From Botryllus schlosseri (taxonomy: Eukaryota), in contig CM119371.1 of the NCBI GenBank assembly GCA_051294905.1, positions 22,136,001-22,200,000 of the forward strand: DNA of 64,000 nucleotides, read 5' to 3'. Shown here piece by piece: positions 24,947 to 37,804 of this stretch (within the stretch, counting starts at the first letter, position 1; each line of letters starts with the position of its first letter). A model generated the notes under the pieces. It was given only the letters and a program-made list of their open reading frames with translations, searched no databases and was not told the DNA's origin. The position numbers and the translations under genes are program-made.

Positions 24947-26585
24947 TAGGGTTGTCGAAAAATTTGGAAAATCTTTAAAAATCTCCGTGATTGTGTCTTA
25001 TTCTATAGATTATTGATTAAAAACAACAATTGGCCTGAATGAAGCTTACAGAAATGCCGTTAAGATTTCGGTCAAAGCGTTTGAAAGTAGCTGCTCAAGA
25101 ATGGGCGTGACACCGACCATAGAACGGCGAAAAGACTAGTAATCAAACAACCACGGCTATTGATTGGCTAATCGACTATGCTTCAATGATCACGGCAGCA
25201 GCAGCTTGCTGATTAGGTGTTCAAGAAGTCTGCTACCGGCGGGGATTCTGAGTGCGCATTGTTAGTATTTTGGCAGGTGATGATTTCAATTTAATTCAGG
25301 ACATGTCGAGTTACGAAATACATGATGAACAAACAACACCTGCTTCACAAAACCTTTTACAGCATGACTGCTTTATTGTGAAGGAAGCGGCTAAAGCCTA
25401 CATGCCGTGTTTTCTACGAGGAAAAGCAAAGGTGCTTATGCAAGTGGTCAACGAATTCCCCGTTTAGGAAGGGATCCATCATCAGTGAATACAAATATAC
25501 AGCTTGACTAATTTGTGTGATCTTATTGGACCCAAGCTGTAGTATATAGTCTAAGTTTTGAAGGTTCTGGGGGTCGACTGAATCGGCCAGTTATGCTTGG
25601 CAGTTATACTTACAGCAAATTGAATTCACTAATAAGAGTTGTCAAAGTCCTTACTGATGCTGCAGAAAAGAGGTGTAAGGTAAGCACAGGCTATGCAGGA
25701 TATGATATCCAAATTATGCTGGATACTATATGCAGCATAGTCCGTGCTTTTCTTCTCACCTCTTTTCAGCCGGATCAATAAGTACTTTGAGATACCATAT
25801 CCAGCATAGCCTGTACGAGTGTGCGTACATTACCACCCCTCTTTTCTGTTTTTTCATTAATGACTTGAACAACGCCTACAAGTGCATTCAATTTGCTGTA
25901 AGCATCTGATAAGTGCCAAGCATAACCGGCTGATTCCGCCAATCCCTAGAGCATTCAAAACCTCACCTATATACTACAGCTTCAGGCCAATAAGATCATA
26001 CAAAGTATAGTGTCATTGTTAAGCTATATATATTTATATTCACTGATGATGGATGCGTACTGAAACGGTGAATTCGCTCAACACTTGCATAAGCGATTTT
26101 GCTTTATCTCGATGAAAATACGCCATGTAGGCTTCAGCCGTTTCCTTCACAATAAAGCAGTCATGCCCTAAAAGCTTCTGTGAAGCAGGTGTTGTTTGTT
26201 CATCATGTATTCCGTAACTCAACATGTCCTGAATTAATTTTAAATCACCACCTGCCAAAATACTAACAATGCGCACTCAGAATCCCCCCCCCCCCGGTAG
26301 CAGACTTCTTGAACACCTAATCAGCAAGGTGCTGCTGCCGTGATCATTGAAGCATAGACGATTAGCCAATCAAGAGCTGTTGTTGTTTGATTACTAGTCT
26401 TCTCGCCGTTCTATGGTCGGTGGCACGCCCATTCTTGAGCAGCTACTTTCAAACGCTTTGACCGAAATCTTAACGGCATTTCTGCAAGCTTCTTTCCGGC
26501 CAATTGTTGTTTTTAATCAATAATCTATAGAATGAGACACAATCACGGAGACTTTTAAAGATTTTCCAAATTTTGGACAACCCTA
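24947..26585. mobile_element. Foldback element 1, almost entirely palindromic
   Basis: Arms of about 770-800 bp (24947 to about 25715; about 25785 to 26585) with a spacer of about 70 bp. Termini TAGGGTTGTC. Flanked by ATGGCCAT on both sides. Confidence 0.88.
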
Positions 26586-26788
26586 ATGGCCATCAATATT
26601 AAAGTTTCATGGGAAACAGTTAATGATCATTTGAAACACCACACATTTTGACATTTATATAGGAATCACTGATGTGTTATGGTCATGAGAAGATTTCCCG
26701 AAAGCAGATTAGAAATGTTGTGCTATTTTGAAATAATGAAACTGAAAAAACTTGCCACACGAACAATTGAACATCACTAATAAAATAT

Positions 26789-26810
26789 TCTCTCTCTCTC
26801 TCTCTCTCTC
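26789..26810. repeat. (TC)11 microsatellite
   Basis: Read directly from the sequence. Confidence 0.9.
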
Positions 26811-28791
26811 ACTACAAGCACGTAGCCTGACATGCATTTCCAAAACTACAGCGCACATATTTGAACAGATTTACAGCTATTGCTATTCTTGGACAACTTG
26901 GAAACAAAATAAACTAGTAAGGCTGCTTCATGGACACCAGTAATCTGTATGAAATGTATCAATATATCCACTCTAGCAGTGACAGATTATAGTTCTGACT
27001 CACTAGTAGGTTAATATCTTGTCACATTATTTACCAATCCAAGTTTTGACATGTTTGCAGAGAGCACTGATCGGCAATGGTCATGGGCAGCACCTCTTGA
27101 TTTGGACATGATATTATTAGTGATCATCACCATCACCAATATAACTGCCCAGTTCCCACCGGTATTGAAGTTTCATGGAGAACACATTTGATGATCACGT
27201 GAAACACAGCCCCTTTTGACACATTTGTGTGGATCGCTGATTTATGATGGCAATGGGGAATACTTCTGAAGAAGCAATGGTGTGCTTCTTTCAAATGACG
27301 AAATTGATATACTCAACTAAACTGTTCCACTGAAGTTGCCCAGATGTCAGAAATATTGATTACCGGTAACGTGGTGAACCAAATCCAGAGTACAGCAGCG
27401 TTACACTAATAACACATACAAAAGATACTCAAAATATCATTAGAAACAAGACAGATAGCTGAAGTGTTCGAAGAAACAGAACTCATGAATAGGGTGGAGT
27501 GAAAAATCTAACAGTCGAATTTTAGAAAGCGGTCATGATATGTGGTTCCAAGCATCACATGAAGCAGGCCTACTTCAATCCAGGGAACCTACTGGGATAT
27601 TTCGATAAAATCCATCTTTGGGCGAAAAAAAAAAGATCTTTATATTTCACAAAAACTTCCAATGAGATATCTGTCAAACTGGAAACTGGCAGTCATTACA
27701 GTCATGTTGACGCAAAGTGAGTTTTAACCAATTTATACAATTCCAATAATTCATACTTTTCATTTTGGACAGTTCACATCAAATCCTACAGAAACGTGTT
27801 TTTCTCCCAAAATTTTGTTTTGAAACAATCACTGTGCGACATCAATGTTATTATATTAAGCAGCTAACAATGTCAACTGCCATCGTTGAATGGGAATTCC
27901 GGGTCTAACCAGATTGAAAGTTACTTTCAATAGAATTATCCGGAAACAAACAAATCGAAGATTGTTGGACAACGAAAGAGGCATGTTTAGTAAGCAGACA
28001 GACTACAAGATCATTAAATTCAGGCGATGCTCGAATGCACAGATGAACGGAACCCTCTGACTAAATTGCCCGGGTACCCAAACTGTCACTCTCAGACACC
28101 GCATAACAAGGACAACAGGCCAAAATGCTTGAAAACGGAACACAAAGTGAAAATTGCACATAAAAACACCGGTTAATTAGTAGACTACAATCCTCTGCTT
28201 CAGACATACCGTCGTAATTCTTATCGTTAGGTTATAACACAATCAACAGCACGGTACTTCGTTTTTTTTAACACAAGATGAGTGATTATAGTGAAACAAA
28301 GTCGATTCATCCATTAACACGCGACAATGAACTCATTCAAGGCCATGCCAGCATAATAGTTGCTTTTACTTTGTTACAATTGCTTCAGTCTTGTAGAACA
28401 GGTTGATACAGAAAAGTTTTCAACCTGAGCTAAAAGCATTTTGCTTCAGTTTCCTACCGTCTTGTGGAGTAGGCTATTTTTACCAGGTTAAAATACCCTT
28501 TCCTCCAATATTTACTGTAGCCTTCTATTATAACCCTATATGCATATTCTGCACAGTAATATAGTAAATATGCCTAGTATACAGTCGGGCCACCGGATGC
28601 CCTCCTCCTGTAACCTGACTGACTTTTGCGATTGATAAAAAGTGTCCTCCTTTCCGGATCGAAAAGTACGGTAACACTATTTTAACTATGTATGCATGTT
28701 CTACACAGTAACATAGCAAATAGTAAATAGTAATTCTTGAAACAGTTGGTATTCAAATGCAGTAGGTCTACTGTACAATAAAACTACGGTA

Positions 28792-29068
28792 CCGTAATTT
28801 TCCAAATATAGTACGCCCCCATGTACATACGCACCCCTAAAATGGCGTGTAAATTCTGGGGAAAAACTTGTGCTTGATGTATAGTATGCACCCTGCATTC
28901 GCAGTACATGAATAGTTATGGTTTAGTATTCGATGTCACATGTAATTCTGTTTTGCCATCTCACTGTTGAACAATCATGACATAACGATCGCTAATCATG
29001 CTACACTTTATCTTTATACAATTATACATTCAACAGCAATTTGGCGGATTATACATGGAAATTTAGGG
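28792..29068 (+). mobile_element. Family A copy 5, internally deleted
   Basis: TA|CCGTAATTTTCC ... ATACATGGAAATTTAGGG|TA. The first about 210 bp match the family A left arm. Confidence 0.85.
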
Positions 29069-30436
29069 TAACCTGACTTCAGGTATAACTCTCGTACGTA
29101 TTGTATGTACGTATAAAACAGTCATTTCAATGCGCTGTCCGTCTTTATGCATGACCATACAACAAACAATTGATTTTAAGCATTATTCAGACAAAGCCGT
29201 TTCTCCGCTCAGTTCGGCCAAAATAAGCGGAACTAACTCCAAATGAAGTCGAATCGACAGGAATTACTAGGGCAAGTTATTGTTGCACTAAATTAGCGAG
29301 AAATTGCACTTCTTTTCCATAAAACTTGCATTTATAATTTTATCATCATTATTAGGGTACGAGACACTCGAAGGTTCCCGTTGTGTAACCTAACAGTTTA
29401 AGAATTGCGAGGCGTATGCTTACTTCGCTGCTTTCCTCGCTATTCAATCGATCACAATCATGCATGCACTTTTATGATCTGTAGGTTTGAACCCTACCTG
29501 ACAGCAATTCGTTTTCAGTTCCTGCAGAGCTGTCAAATTTGTAACTTTCTTAAATCACGGATATTACCTTTTTTGCCGGTTCGCAGCAAGAAAATAACGC
29601 ATTACGGAAATAATTTTAAACAAACAGCATAGATTACAACCCCTCCCCCCTCCCCCTAGAACAAGTCAAATAACACACTCCAAACCTTTAGGTCTGCAAA
29701 CTTGACCGAAGGCATTGCAAACTCAATTTTTACCACTTCAACGAAATCAAAAGCCTGAAAAAGTGACCCAGTGAAAACGTAATTTTCTGCAAACTCACCT
29801 GTGCGTCCGTGAAATAGGAATTGATAAAGCGATCTATTTACATAAAAATATTGTTCAAGCATGGTAGGCCTAGGCAGGGGTAGTTGAAATCCATCATACA
29901 GCTCTTTGTCAGCCTATAAAAATCAAAGAGAATAGAACTATACTAGAAATAGTTTATAGCATGATTTTTAAATCACTCCTTGACATTTTGCACAATATTT
30001 GATAAAAGCTGCAGTAGCCTAAATATTTGCATGTAAAATGAAAAAAGAGTTGCAAAAAGTTGTGATATAAAATTCCTACAAACAGCTTAAAACATCATAG
30101 TAGCCTACATAGATTTTGAGTACTAAAAAGCTGCCGGAAGCCGCAAAAACAAAGTTGCAAAAATTCGCTTTAGTACGCTTATTACATTACAATATATTTG
30201 ATTTGTTGGGGCAATACCTGATCTAAACATGTGAATTGTACATATAATGTACAGTACTATGTTGTTTATTGCAACGTAACTAAATTATTGGAATGATACT
30301 AGCATTTTAGACAATTTCCTTAATATTCCTATGAATAGGACTTGGGCCGTATGAGGTATGATATTCAATATTCATCAATGCAGCTCCATCTCACAATTTT
30401 AGCAGTGGAAGAGTCTCTCAAGACACTGCCGTTAGC

Positions 30437-30693
30437 ATAAAGAAAAGGACGTAGTTGATTTTTGTCCTTGGATGTTTTTTTGCAGCATATACACCAACTC
30501 ATGATACACATACACACGATCTGCATATGCCGCTGGACAAGGAAGTGCAGATACAGCCTTTACGGCTTTCTAAGTCATGCACCACCCCGACCCCTCCATG
30601 CTATCCCAGTAATGCATGAGCGCCAAGCAGGGAAGCCATGGATTGGATACCAGTGTTAGTAATCAGGTCTTTGTTCTGACCCGGCCGGGGATC
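30437..30693 (-). mobile_element. 5'-truncated tRNA-derived SINE
   Basis: Reverse complement aligns along its length with 55470-55819. The B-box tail CGATCCCCGGCCGGG is retained. Confidence 0.8.
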
Positions 30694-30770
30694 GTAATTT
30701 CGTCACTGTGAAATCAAATTAAATGTCCATTTCACAGATTTTAGGAAACTTACCTTCAAGTAAAGCAGTA

Positions 30771-31904
30771 CACTACAAAAAAAATCAAAAAAATTTAGTC
30801 TTAATGTCTCAAATCGATTTTTTAGCAGAAAAAGTCTTGAAGACCAATTAGTCTTACCAAGTAAATTCTGTGTCAAAAGTAAGACACAAATTGATCGAAA
30901 TTAGTAGCAGCGATTTGGGGGCATCCTTTTCAATGTTGGGGTCTGAGCGAAGGGGAAGCATGCCAGACTGGAATCGGTGGTTGTTTTCGACAACATGTTG
31001 TGGGTGACAGACGGATTTCTCGCGTGATTGGAAAATTGCATCCGCGTGACAGAAATATTTTTTGTTCTGATTCGATACTGAATTACTTATTAAATGACAC
31101 AATGTGCTAAAATAGACCTGGTATATGCCGGACTAGGGTTACGCCGAATATTCGCAGTTGCGCATATGCCTCGCTTGCTTGCGTTCATTGTAAAGCGCAA
31201 GTGCCTTATTCTGGATCTGGACTCGCTTTGTGACGTCATCATAATTCACTAATTGGCGTGATCAGATATAAATGCTCGTGTGACGCCGTTGCCACCGATT
31301 CCACTCTGGGAAACATGAAAGAGACCTGAATTTGGAGTGTTGGCATAATTCTGTACTAAGGAGCTTCATCACTAGATAACTTTATCAAGGTACATGCCAC
31401 TTACTACTGACATGTAATATTCAGAACAATATATATACGGTTGTCTGAGTCAAAACTAGCATTTGTGGTGAGTGGGTAAAACGAGACCAAAAAAAAATGC
31501 AAAATCCGTCTTAAAAACAAGACCAAAAATACTGACACATCAAAAACTGTCTCAAAGAGCTACTTACGTCTTATGCTCTTGGCCCATGTCAACTTTCCCG
31601 TCTCATTTTCAAGACCACAAACCATGTTATTTCTTGATTAACGAAATTCGTCTTGAAAACAAGACCAAAAAAACGGATGAATCAAAAACTGTCTCAATAA
31701 GCACAATATGTCTTATAAGATGCGCTTTATTGGTCTGATTTTTAAGACCGAATGATTGTGACAATTTTATATGGTCTTCGAAAGCTGAATCAGTCTTAAT
31801 TTGAAGACCTCACTTCATCAGCAAGACTTAAATTGCTGAAAATCAGACCAAATCATCCTCATGTCTTACATTTGAGACCAAATTTGTCTAATTTTTTTGT
31901 AGGG
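30771..31904. mobile_element. CACTA/EnSpm-like non-autonomous element
   Basis: Termini CACTACAAAAAAA / CCCTACAAAAAAA (reverse complement). TA on both flanks. Numerous AAGAC/GTCTT subterminal motifs. Confidence 0.8.
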
Positions 31905-32269
31905 TAAACCTGCCTTATTTGTTGCTGCAGCAATATATTGGCCTTGATTAATTTTGAAACGAGGCAAACATAAACATGGCCAAGACAGGCTATTGCCAAA
32001 AAAATTTGAAAATGATACCAAAACTTGATTTCCTTATCAAATTGAAATATGGATCTCAAAATTTGTAAAATGGACACAAGCTGCTTTGATTTCATCGCAA
32101 CTATTTACGCTAGCTACGGACACGTTATGAAGCTAGATGCTATGACTGTGCTGTGATATACATCAACAATAACGAACCGAAGCGCCAGCACATAACGATA
32201 TTACGATCTGACTGATTTGGAAATTAATTTTGGAACGTAAAAATTAACACACCAAAAAGCCCGCCGATG

Positions 32270-33055
32270 CTCGAAAACGGGTGACCTGAAAAGGAGGGAA
32301 CGCGGAAACTGCGGATAACGCGGAACTCGCGCAAATGGCCCCTAAAACGCGGAAACTGCGGGAAGCGAGAAACCTTGATTCCGTGCTGAAACAGAGGAAA
32401 ACGCGGGAACCCGGAACAGTCGGTCATTGACCTCTATAGATCACTAAAACGAGGAAACAGCGGAAAAGGCGGAACGCGGGACAGTCGGTCATTGACATTT
32501 GTAGATCTCATAGAAGGAACTCTAAAGTCTAAACCTGAAACTGCGGGACACCAATTTTCGAGTGATGCGAATTAGGCGTCATAAATGACAGAGAACTGTC
32601 GTAATAATTGAAAATTGAAATTATTAACTATCTTAGACAGACAGTCGTTCACTAATGATTATACAAGAGAGAGTCTTTATTTTCACAAAATACATAAGAA
32701 ACGGCAGTGATGGTGGTACAGAAAATATGCGTGCACAGTGTGCAGTGTGCACGCATATTTGCTGTACCACCATCACTGCCGTTTCTTATGTATTTTGTGA
32801 TCAGACTAGATGACCTTCATGGCCTTATCGATCATTCCTATCTAATACCGAATACTGTGCAGCACAGTACTCGGTATTAGATAGGAATGATCGATAAGGC
32901 CATGAAGGTCATCTAGTCTGATCACAAATGGCCTCGCGGAACATACCTTGAAAACGCGGAAACTGCGGGACACCCTAATTTTCGAGTACAACGCAGATTT
33001 AACCTCACAAACGGCCGCGAACTGTCGTGATAGTTGAAAATCGAACATATTTAGT
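32270..33055. repeat. GCGGAAACTGCGG-rich repeat array hosting a LINE-tail double hairpin
   Basis: Recurrent AAACGCGGAAACTGCGG(G) and CAGTCGGTCATTGAC. 32538-32630 is a diverged direct repeat of 32960-33055. Confidence 0.7.
32666..32928. repeat. LINE 3'-tail fragment rearranged into two adjacent hairpins
   Basis: Near-perfect palindromes at 32683-32800 and 32794-32928. Both halves match the LINE tail at 47873-47984. Confidence 0.9.
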
Positions 33056-33641
33056 ATCTGAGGGTTAAGCATTCGGTCACTGACCCTAACAGACGTTGAG
33101 CATAACAGACGAGTCATAACTCGAGTCATTACAACTCTGAAGCAGACCAATTTACCAGTCATTCCAAGGTTGGGTGGTTTTCACCTATAATGAAATCTTA
33201 TCTTGGATCAATTGGTAACAACATGGAGGATTCTGGGCTACTGAGATGTGATCCAGTTGATATATGACGGAAGCACAACAGCCGGTCACATCATGGATGG
33301 TGGATGTTCTGACAAGACAATCCGCGATCACCTCCTCATCGATCTATCAACATAACATGAAAATTGCCTCAACTGAGGATGAGCGTGGTGACATGAAGTT
33401 CTTCATGGAAAAGGTGGCTGATGGGGAAATGGGAGCCAGACCAGGAGTGAGAGAGAAGGTTTGAAGAAACGTTCAATCGATTAGCAAAAAGAGGGCGAAC
33501 ACCTGCACCTTGGGTGGAGTACCACAACATGCTAGACATGCCCAAGGTCTTTATCGGAACATGGTGACTCGTAGACGACAATGGAAATCTGGCCTGAATT
33601 GTTATCGAGATGCTTCACACATGCAGGCCATCATCATTCAC

Positions 33642-34215
33642 CAGTGGTTCTCAAACTTGTTTCGACACACCCCTTGATGACAGTGAAGTATTTCGCTCCC
33701 CCCTTGTCGCTATATCTAAAAATATTGAAAAGAGCAAGCTGATTGTTTGCAATTCGGATGTATTGTTTGGTGGCACGGGAGGTATTATGTTTATTGACAC
33801 ACTTCTCAAATATGGAATTCCAGTTGAATACTTTATTAAACATAACCTTGTGCAATGACAGCATGTAGCACATATACAATTATACATTTTAGTGATTTTG
33901 GTGCCTAACCTCTTCTATTACAACATTTGAGCTTAGCTCAAACAGACCTGACCATAACCTAAATCAAAACCCAATGACAGCTACACGCATTTACCAGCTA
34001 CACTTCATTCAATGATGTCTTCTTATTCGTGCAAGGTTCGGTATCACCCAAAATCTAGCATATCAGTGTGCGAATGGTAGGCTTACGGCGGAATTTCAAA
34101 TCGAAATGTAGGCCTAATTAGGATTATTGCCATTGTCGAAGCTTGGAAGTTTCAGCACAAATTAAACTCATTCCTAATTCAAGAAAAAGCGTTTCTATCA
34201 GGTGGCTTCGCGCCT
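33642..34215. mobile_element. One-ended Charlie-like element inside the Academ remnant
   Basis: CAGTGGTTCTCAAACTT terminus breaks the Academ frame. No right TIR found. Confidence 0.65.
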
Positions 34216-34720
34216 CCCTTCAGAAAAAAAAAACAGAAGATGAACAACGCTAACATTGGAGAATTTTCAATTGCAGCCCACTAGACTTGACTAACCACCA
34301 ATGCTGTACCCTCGTAAGTGATGGTGGATGACTTCTGCACATGGTAACGTGGGAACAACGTCTAACATGACAGGGAATTGCCAACGATTTCCTGAACTAC
34401 GTGCCGTATCTGAGCCGTTGCTTTCGGAATGTCATTGTGTTCCTTGATGGTTGAAGCAGTTCACCAAAAGATACACCCTGTTCTCAAGGAAGACAGCGGC
34501 AGGAGTGATGGAACCAGAGACACTGTACATCTAACAGAGGGTGCAGCTGTACAACGCTCACTCCGCGCGTACCTGCAGACCCGGGATTGGATTCTTTTAC
34601 AGAACATGTCTCCGAACCCCAGCGATTACGGATGAACAATAGGCGTGCATGGATATGGACCAGTTCGAACACTGGAACCCATGGCTCCTGATGAGCTATT
34701 GCAGTTCACAGGCTGTAGAG

Positions 34721-36297
34721 CAAGGGTCGGCAACATACGGCCCGCGGGCCGGATCCGGCCCGCCAAGCGAAATCGTCCGGCCCGCGACATAATAATTAGT
34801 TCTCACAGGAATACGGCCCGCCGTTTCATAATGAGTTGCAATCTGCGGTGCAGCGCTGCATGAAAAAACTGTGGTACGATGTAATAGTAGCCTACATCGT
34901 ATTAGTCAATTATTACGCCATAAAACGAAAGGTGGTTGAAGTAGGAGATGGAGATAGACTAGACTGGATCAGTGCTTATCAATCGGGTGTATCTCGCAAT
35001 TGAAGGTGTTCCATACTTTTTTAAAGGGTTCACCACTCTAATGGGGTGTGACAATGAACGTGTTCTTCCTTTGCTTCAAAAACGCTTGGAACATCTCAGA
35101 CGCAATGACTCAAACTGTTCAATTATAGATAACTAGCCTCCGTATGTTAGTTAGCCTATCTATAGTTCAATTTTCCAGAAGGCATTGTGTGCCAAGACAA
35201 AAAACCTGAATAGTGTTTGGGCCACAATGGTGAAAACTGTTAATATGATTTTTGTCTCATTAACTGAATCAGTTACGCCAGATATTACTAGAAGCAGAGA
35301 ATCAATATGGCGATGTCATGTCGGCCTGTATCTGTCATGTTCGCGCATTAGGTCGAGCAGCTATGCTTACACGAGTGATGAACTGAGAAATGAAATAGCA
35401 ACTTTCCTCGAAAACACAAATATCGCCGACTCATAATCTTGTAATCGATAATGGGTATCTCATCTTGCTTTCCTGGTACATTTAACGTCACATCTGAACA
35501 AATTGAATTTGCAACTTCAGGGGGAAAACAACTAAATACATGAGATGTTGAGGCGTATTTAAAACAAATCTGTGACTCTGGAAATGTCAACAGTACAAAG
35601 AAAATTATGCTCACTTTCCTATACTGGAGGAGAGAAAACCTAGTACCGACACTACATTTGTAACTGTGATACGAAATTTAACTACTGAATATTCACCCGC
35701 TTTTCCGACATTCCTTCTCTACAAAATGAATTCTGACTATTCAGTACTCTGTTTAATGTGGACGCCAATACCATTGCCTGAAAATTTCAAATGGGCCTTT
35801 CTGAAATGCGATGCAGTTGAATTGAATGACAAATTTCATACAAAGAGCATATCGCTGCATGACTTTGACAAAGAGTACGTTCTTAAAATTGGTCTTCATC
35901 CCAGCTTGACCAACAATGCAAAAGAAATTGCATCGATTTTTGGAAGCACGTATACGCATGTGAAAAATAGTTTTGAACAATGAAATTCGCGAAGAGCAAG
36001 CTAAGATCACGTATTTCGGACGTCCATTTTAAAGGGTCTGATATTTGTTTCATCTGACTTGTTACCAGAAGTTGAAAACCTTTCACAACGCAAGCAGCGT
36101 CAATTGTCACGTCACATTTATTCGGTGTTGTTGAAGCGTAAATACATGTGTCTTCTGATAGGTATGATTGAGATTGCAGCAATGTAGTATAATATACCGA
36201 AGTGAGCGTAAAATATAGTACAAGAAAAATTCCGGCCCGCCAGAAAGTTGTACACCCGAAATTTGGCCCGCGACTAGCAAAAGGTTGCCGACCCCTG
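34721..36297 (+). mobile_element. hAT Buster/SPIN-like deletion derivative
   Basis: TIR CA(A/G)GGGTCGGCAAC. Perfect TSD CTGTAGAG. GGCCCG subterminal repeats. Confidence 0.93.
35180..36060 (+). pseudogene. Buster/SPIN/GTF2IRD2-type transposase C-terminal remnant
   Basis: Across frameshifts it reads ALCAKTKNLNSVWATMVKTVN, ELRNEIATFLE, HLNKLNLQLQG and AKEIASIFGSTY...MKFAKSKLRSRISD (hAT dimerisation region). Confidence 0.85.
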
Positions 36298-37804
36298 CTG
36301 TAGAGTGTAGATTATTGTCAAAAAGATTGCGACAACCGGATATGCAGCTGCAAGAAGAATGAGGTCACGTGCATTTCGGCCTGTGGAGTATGTAAAGACC
36401 TTACATGCAAAAATTACAGTAATGATGATGTTGAGTCTGATATTGTACATGCGAAATAACTCTTCAGTAAACATAGCTACGTGAAATAAAGGCTATTTCG
36501 CGAACCAATAACAAAGTGGGTGTGATTTTTTCACAAAGCAGAGAGTGTAGTGAAATATAGACGTTAACAATTAAGTGTGAATCATGAAAAACCATTATTA
36601 AACCCGTCCTAAGTTACTTATTGGCGATAAAAAAAAATTATGTTTAATTTTTTTTTTAAATCGTCAAACTTAACAGCTTTTTTGGGGGGTTTCCCACAAG
36701 AGTTGAACTTCAACATTTTAACAAATGTTATTACACACCTGAACAAACATATTGATAAAGAAATATATTGGTAACAATATAGTTCAAAGATTTTCATAAG
36801 TTTCCCTTACTTTGGGTAATGGTGTTGGGGCTGCATTATTATTGGATTTATATTATGTATGCTCACAAGACGTAGTCAGCTTCTTTTTTTCTGTGGTTTT
36901 GTAAACATGGTATGGCTTAAAAGGTGGAACACAATCTCCAAATGATGCAGTTACCAATTGGGTTAGTTGCCTAAAAACTTTATGACTTCAACACTAATTT
37001 CGTTGCTGATCTTAACCCTTGCCTTCATTCTCTTGTTTTAATATAGTTACAACCAAGTCATTACTTTGCTATGCGATGTTAGGCAAGTGTAACTTATCTG
37101 GTGTTACTTATATCTAATCTTTTTGCAGGTCTAGATGGGGGATACTGATGAAAAAGATGGAACTGTGCATTAAGTTATAATTTTTCTCATGAATAAAATG
37201 AAACAGCACAAACACATCTGGTTAAGCAAGAGCATTATTTATTGAGGAAGTCACACAGGGCATTTCCGACATCTGGGCCTGCGATACTTGGATCACCACC
37301 AGGTCGTCATTGCGCATACCATCCTCTGTATCATTCTGGCCTTACCGGGTTGCAGTTTCTGAGCAACGCCGACCACCGCACCTTCAGTCGACCAAAATCT
37401 TTCAACCTTCATGTGTTCTTTGCTAAGTTTCTGAAAAATCAATTGTGAATTTGAAGGGCAGCAGTGAGGAAATTTATATTACATATTGAAAATTAGCTTT
37501 AGCTTATGCTCTGTTTATGTCTCAGAAAAGGCTTCATGGGCCAGGGCTGAAACCGATAGGCTGCGTCATCAGCTATCTATGCTAGTACGGAACGCTCTGG
37601 CTCCTAACCATGAAGTCATTCTGAAAAACCTTAATGTAGCAAATGCATGTTTGGTACAAATGTTGATGTGGCAATTTTTTATCCACCCACTACACTCGGA
37701 CTCGTACAAAGTACTGGAATTCTACAAAGCGCAACGTCAACTAGAACTACTCGATTTTTAAAACTAGCAACTAGAACTACCAACTTTTCAAAACCTACAA
37801 TCAG

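Larger units (their letters stand above)
24800..27310. repeat. Diverged tandem duplication hosting foldback 1
   Basis: 24800-24946 plus 26594-26750 aligns with 26948-27310 (for example GATTATAGTTCTGACTCACTAGTAGG and GAGCACTGATCGGC occur in both). Confidence 0.75.
33140..36445 (+). pseudogene. Decayed Academ-like transposon ORF split by two hAT insertions
   Basis: 33140-33641 reads VIPRLGGFHL/KSYLGSIGNNMEDSGL/GHIMDGGCSDKTIRDHLL. 34215-34720 reads LVSDGG*LLHMVTW...VIVFLDG*SSSPKD (XPG/PIN-like) and AAVQRSLRAYLQTRDW...APDELLQFTGC. 36306-36445 reads CQKDCDNRICSCKKNEVTCISACGVCKDLTC (Cys-rich). This order matches the transposase-XPG-Cys8 layout of Academ. Confidence 0.72.
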
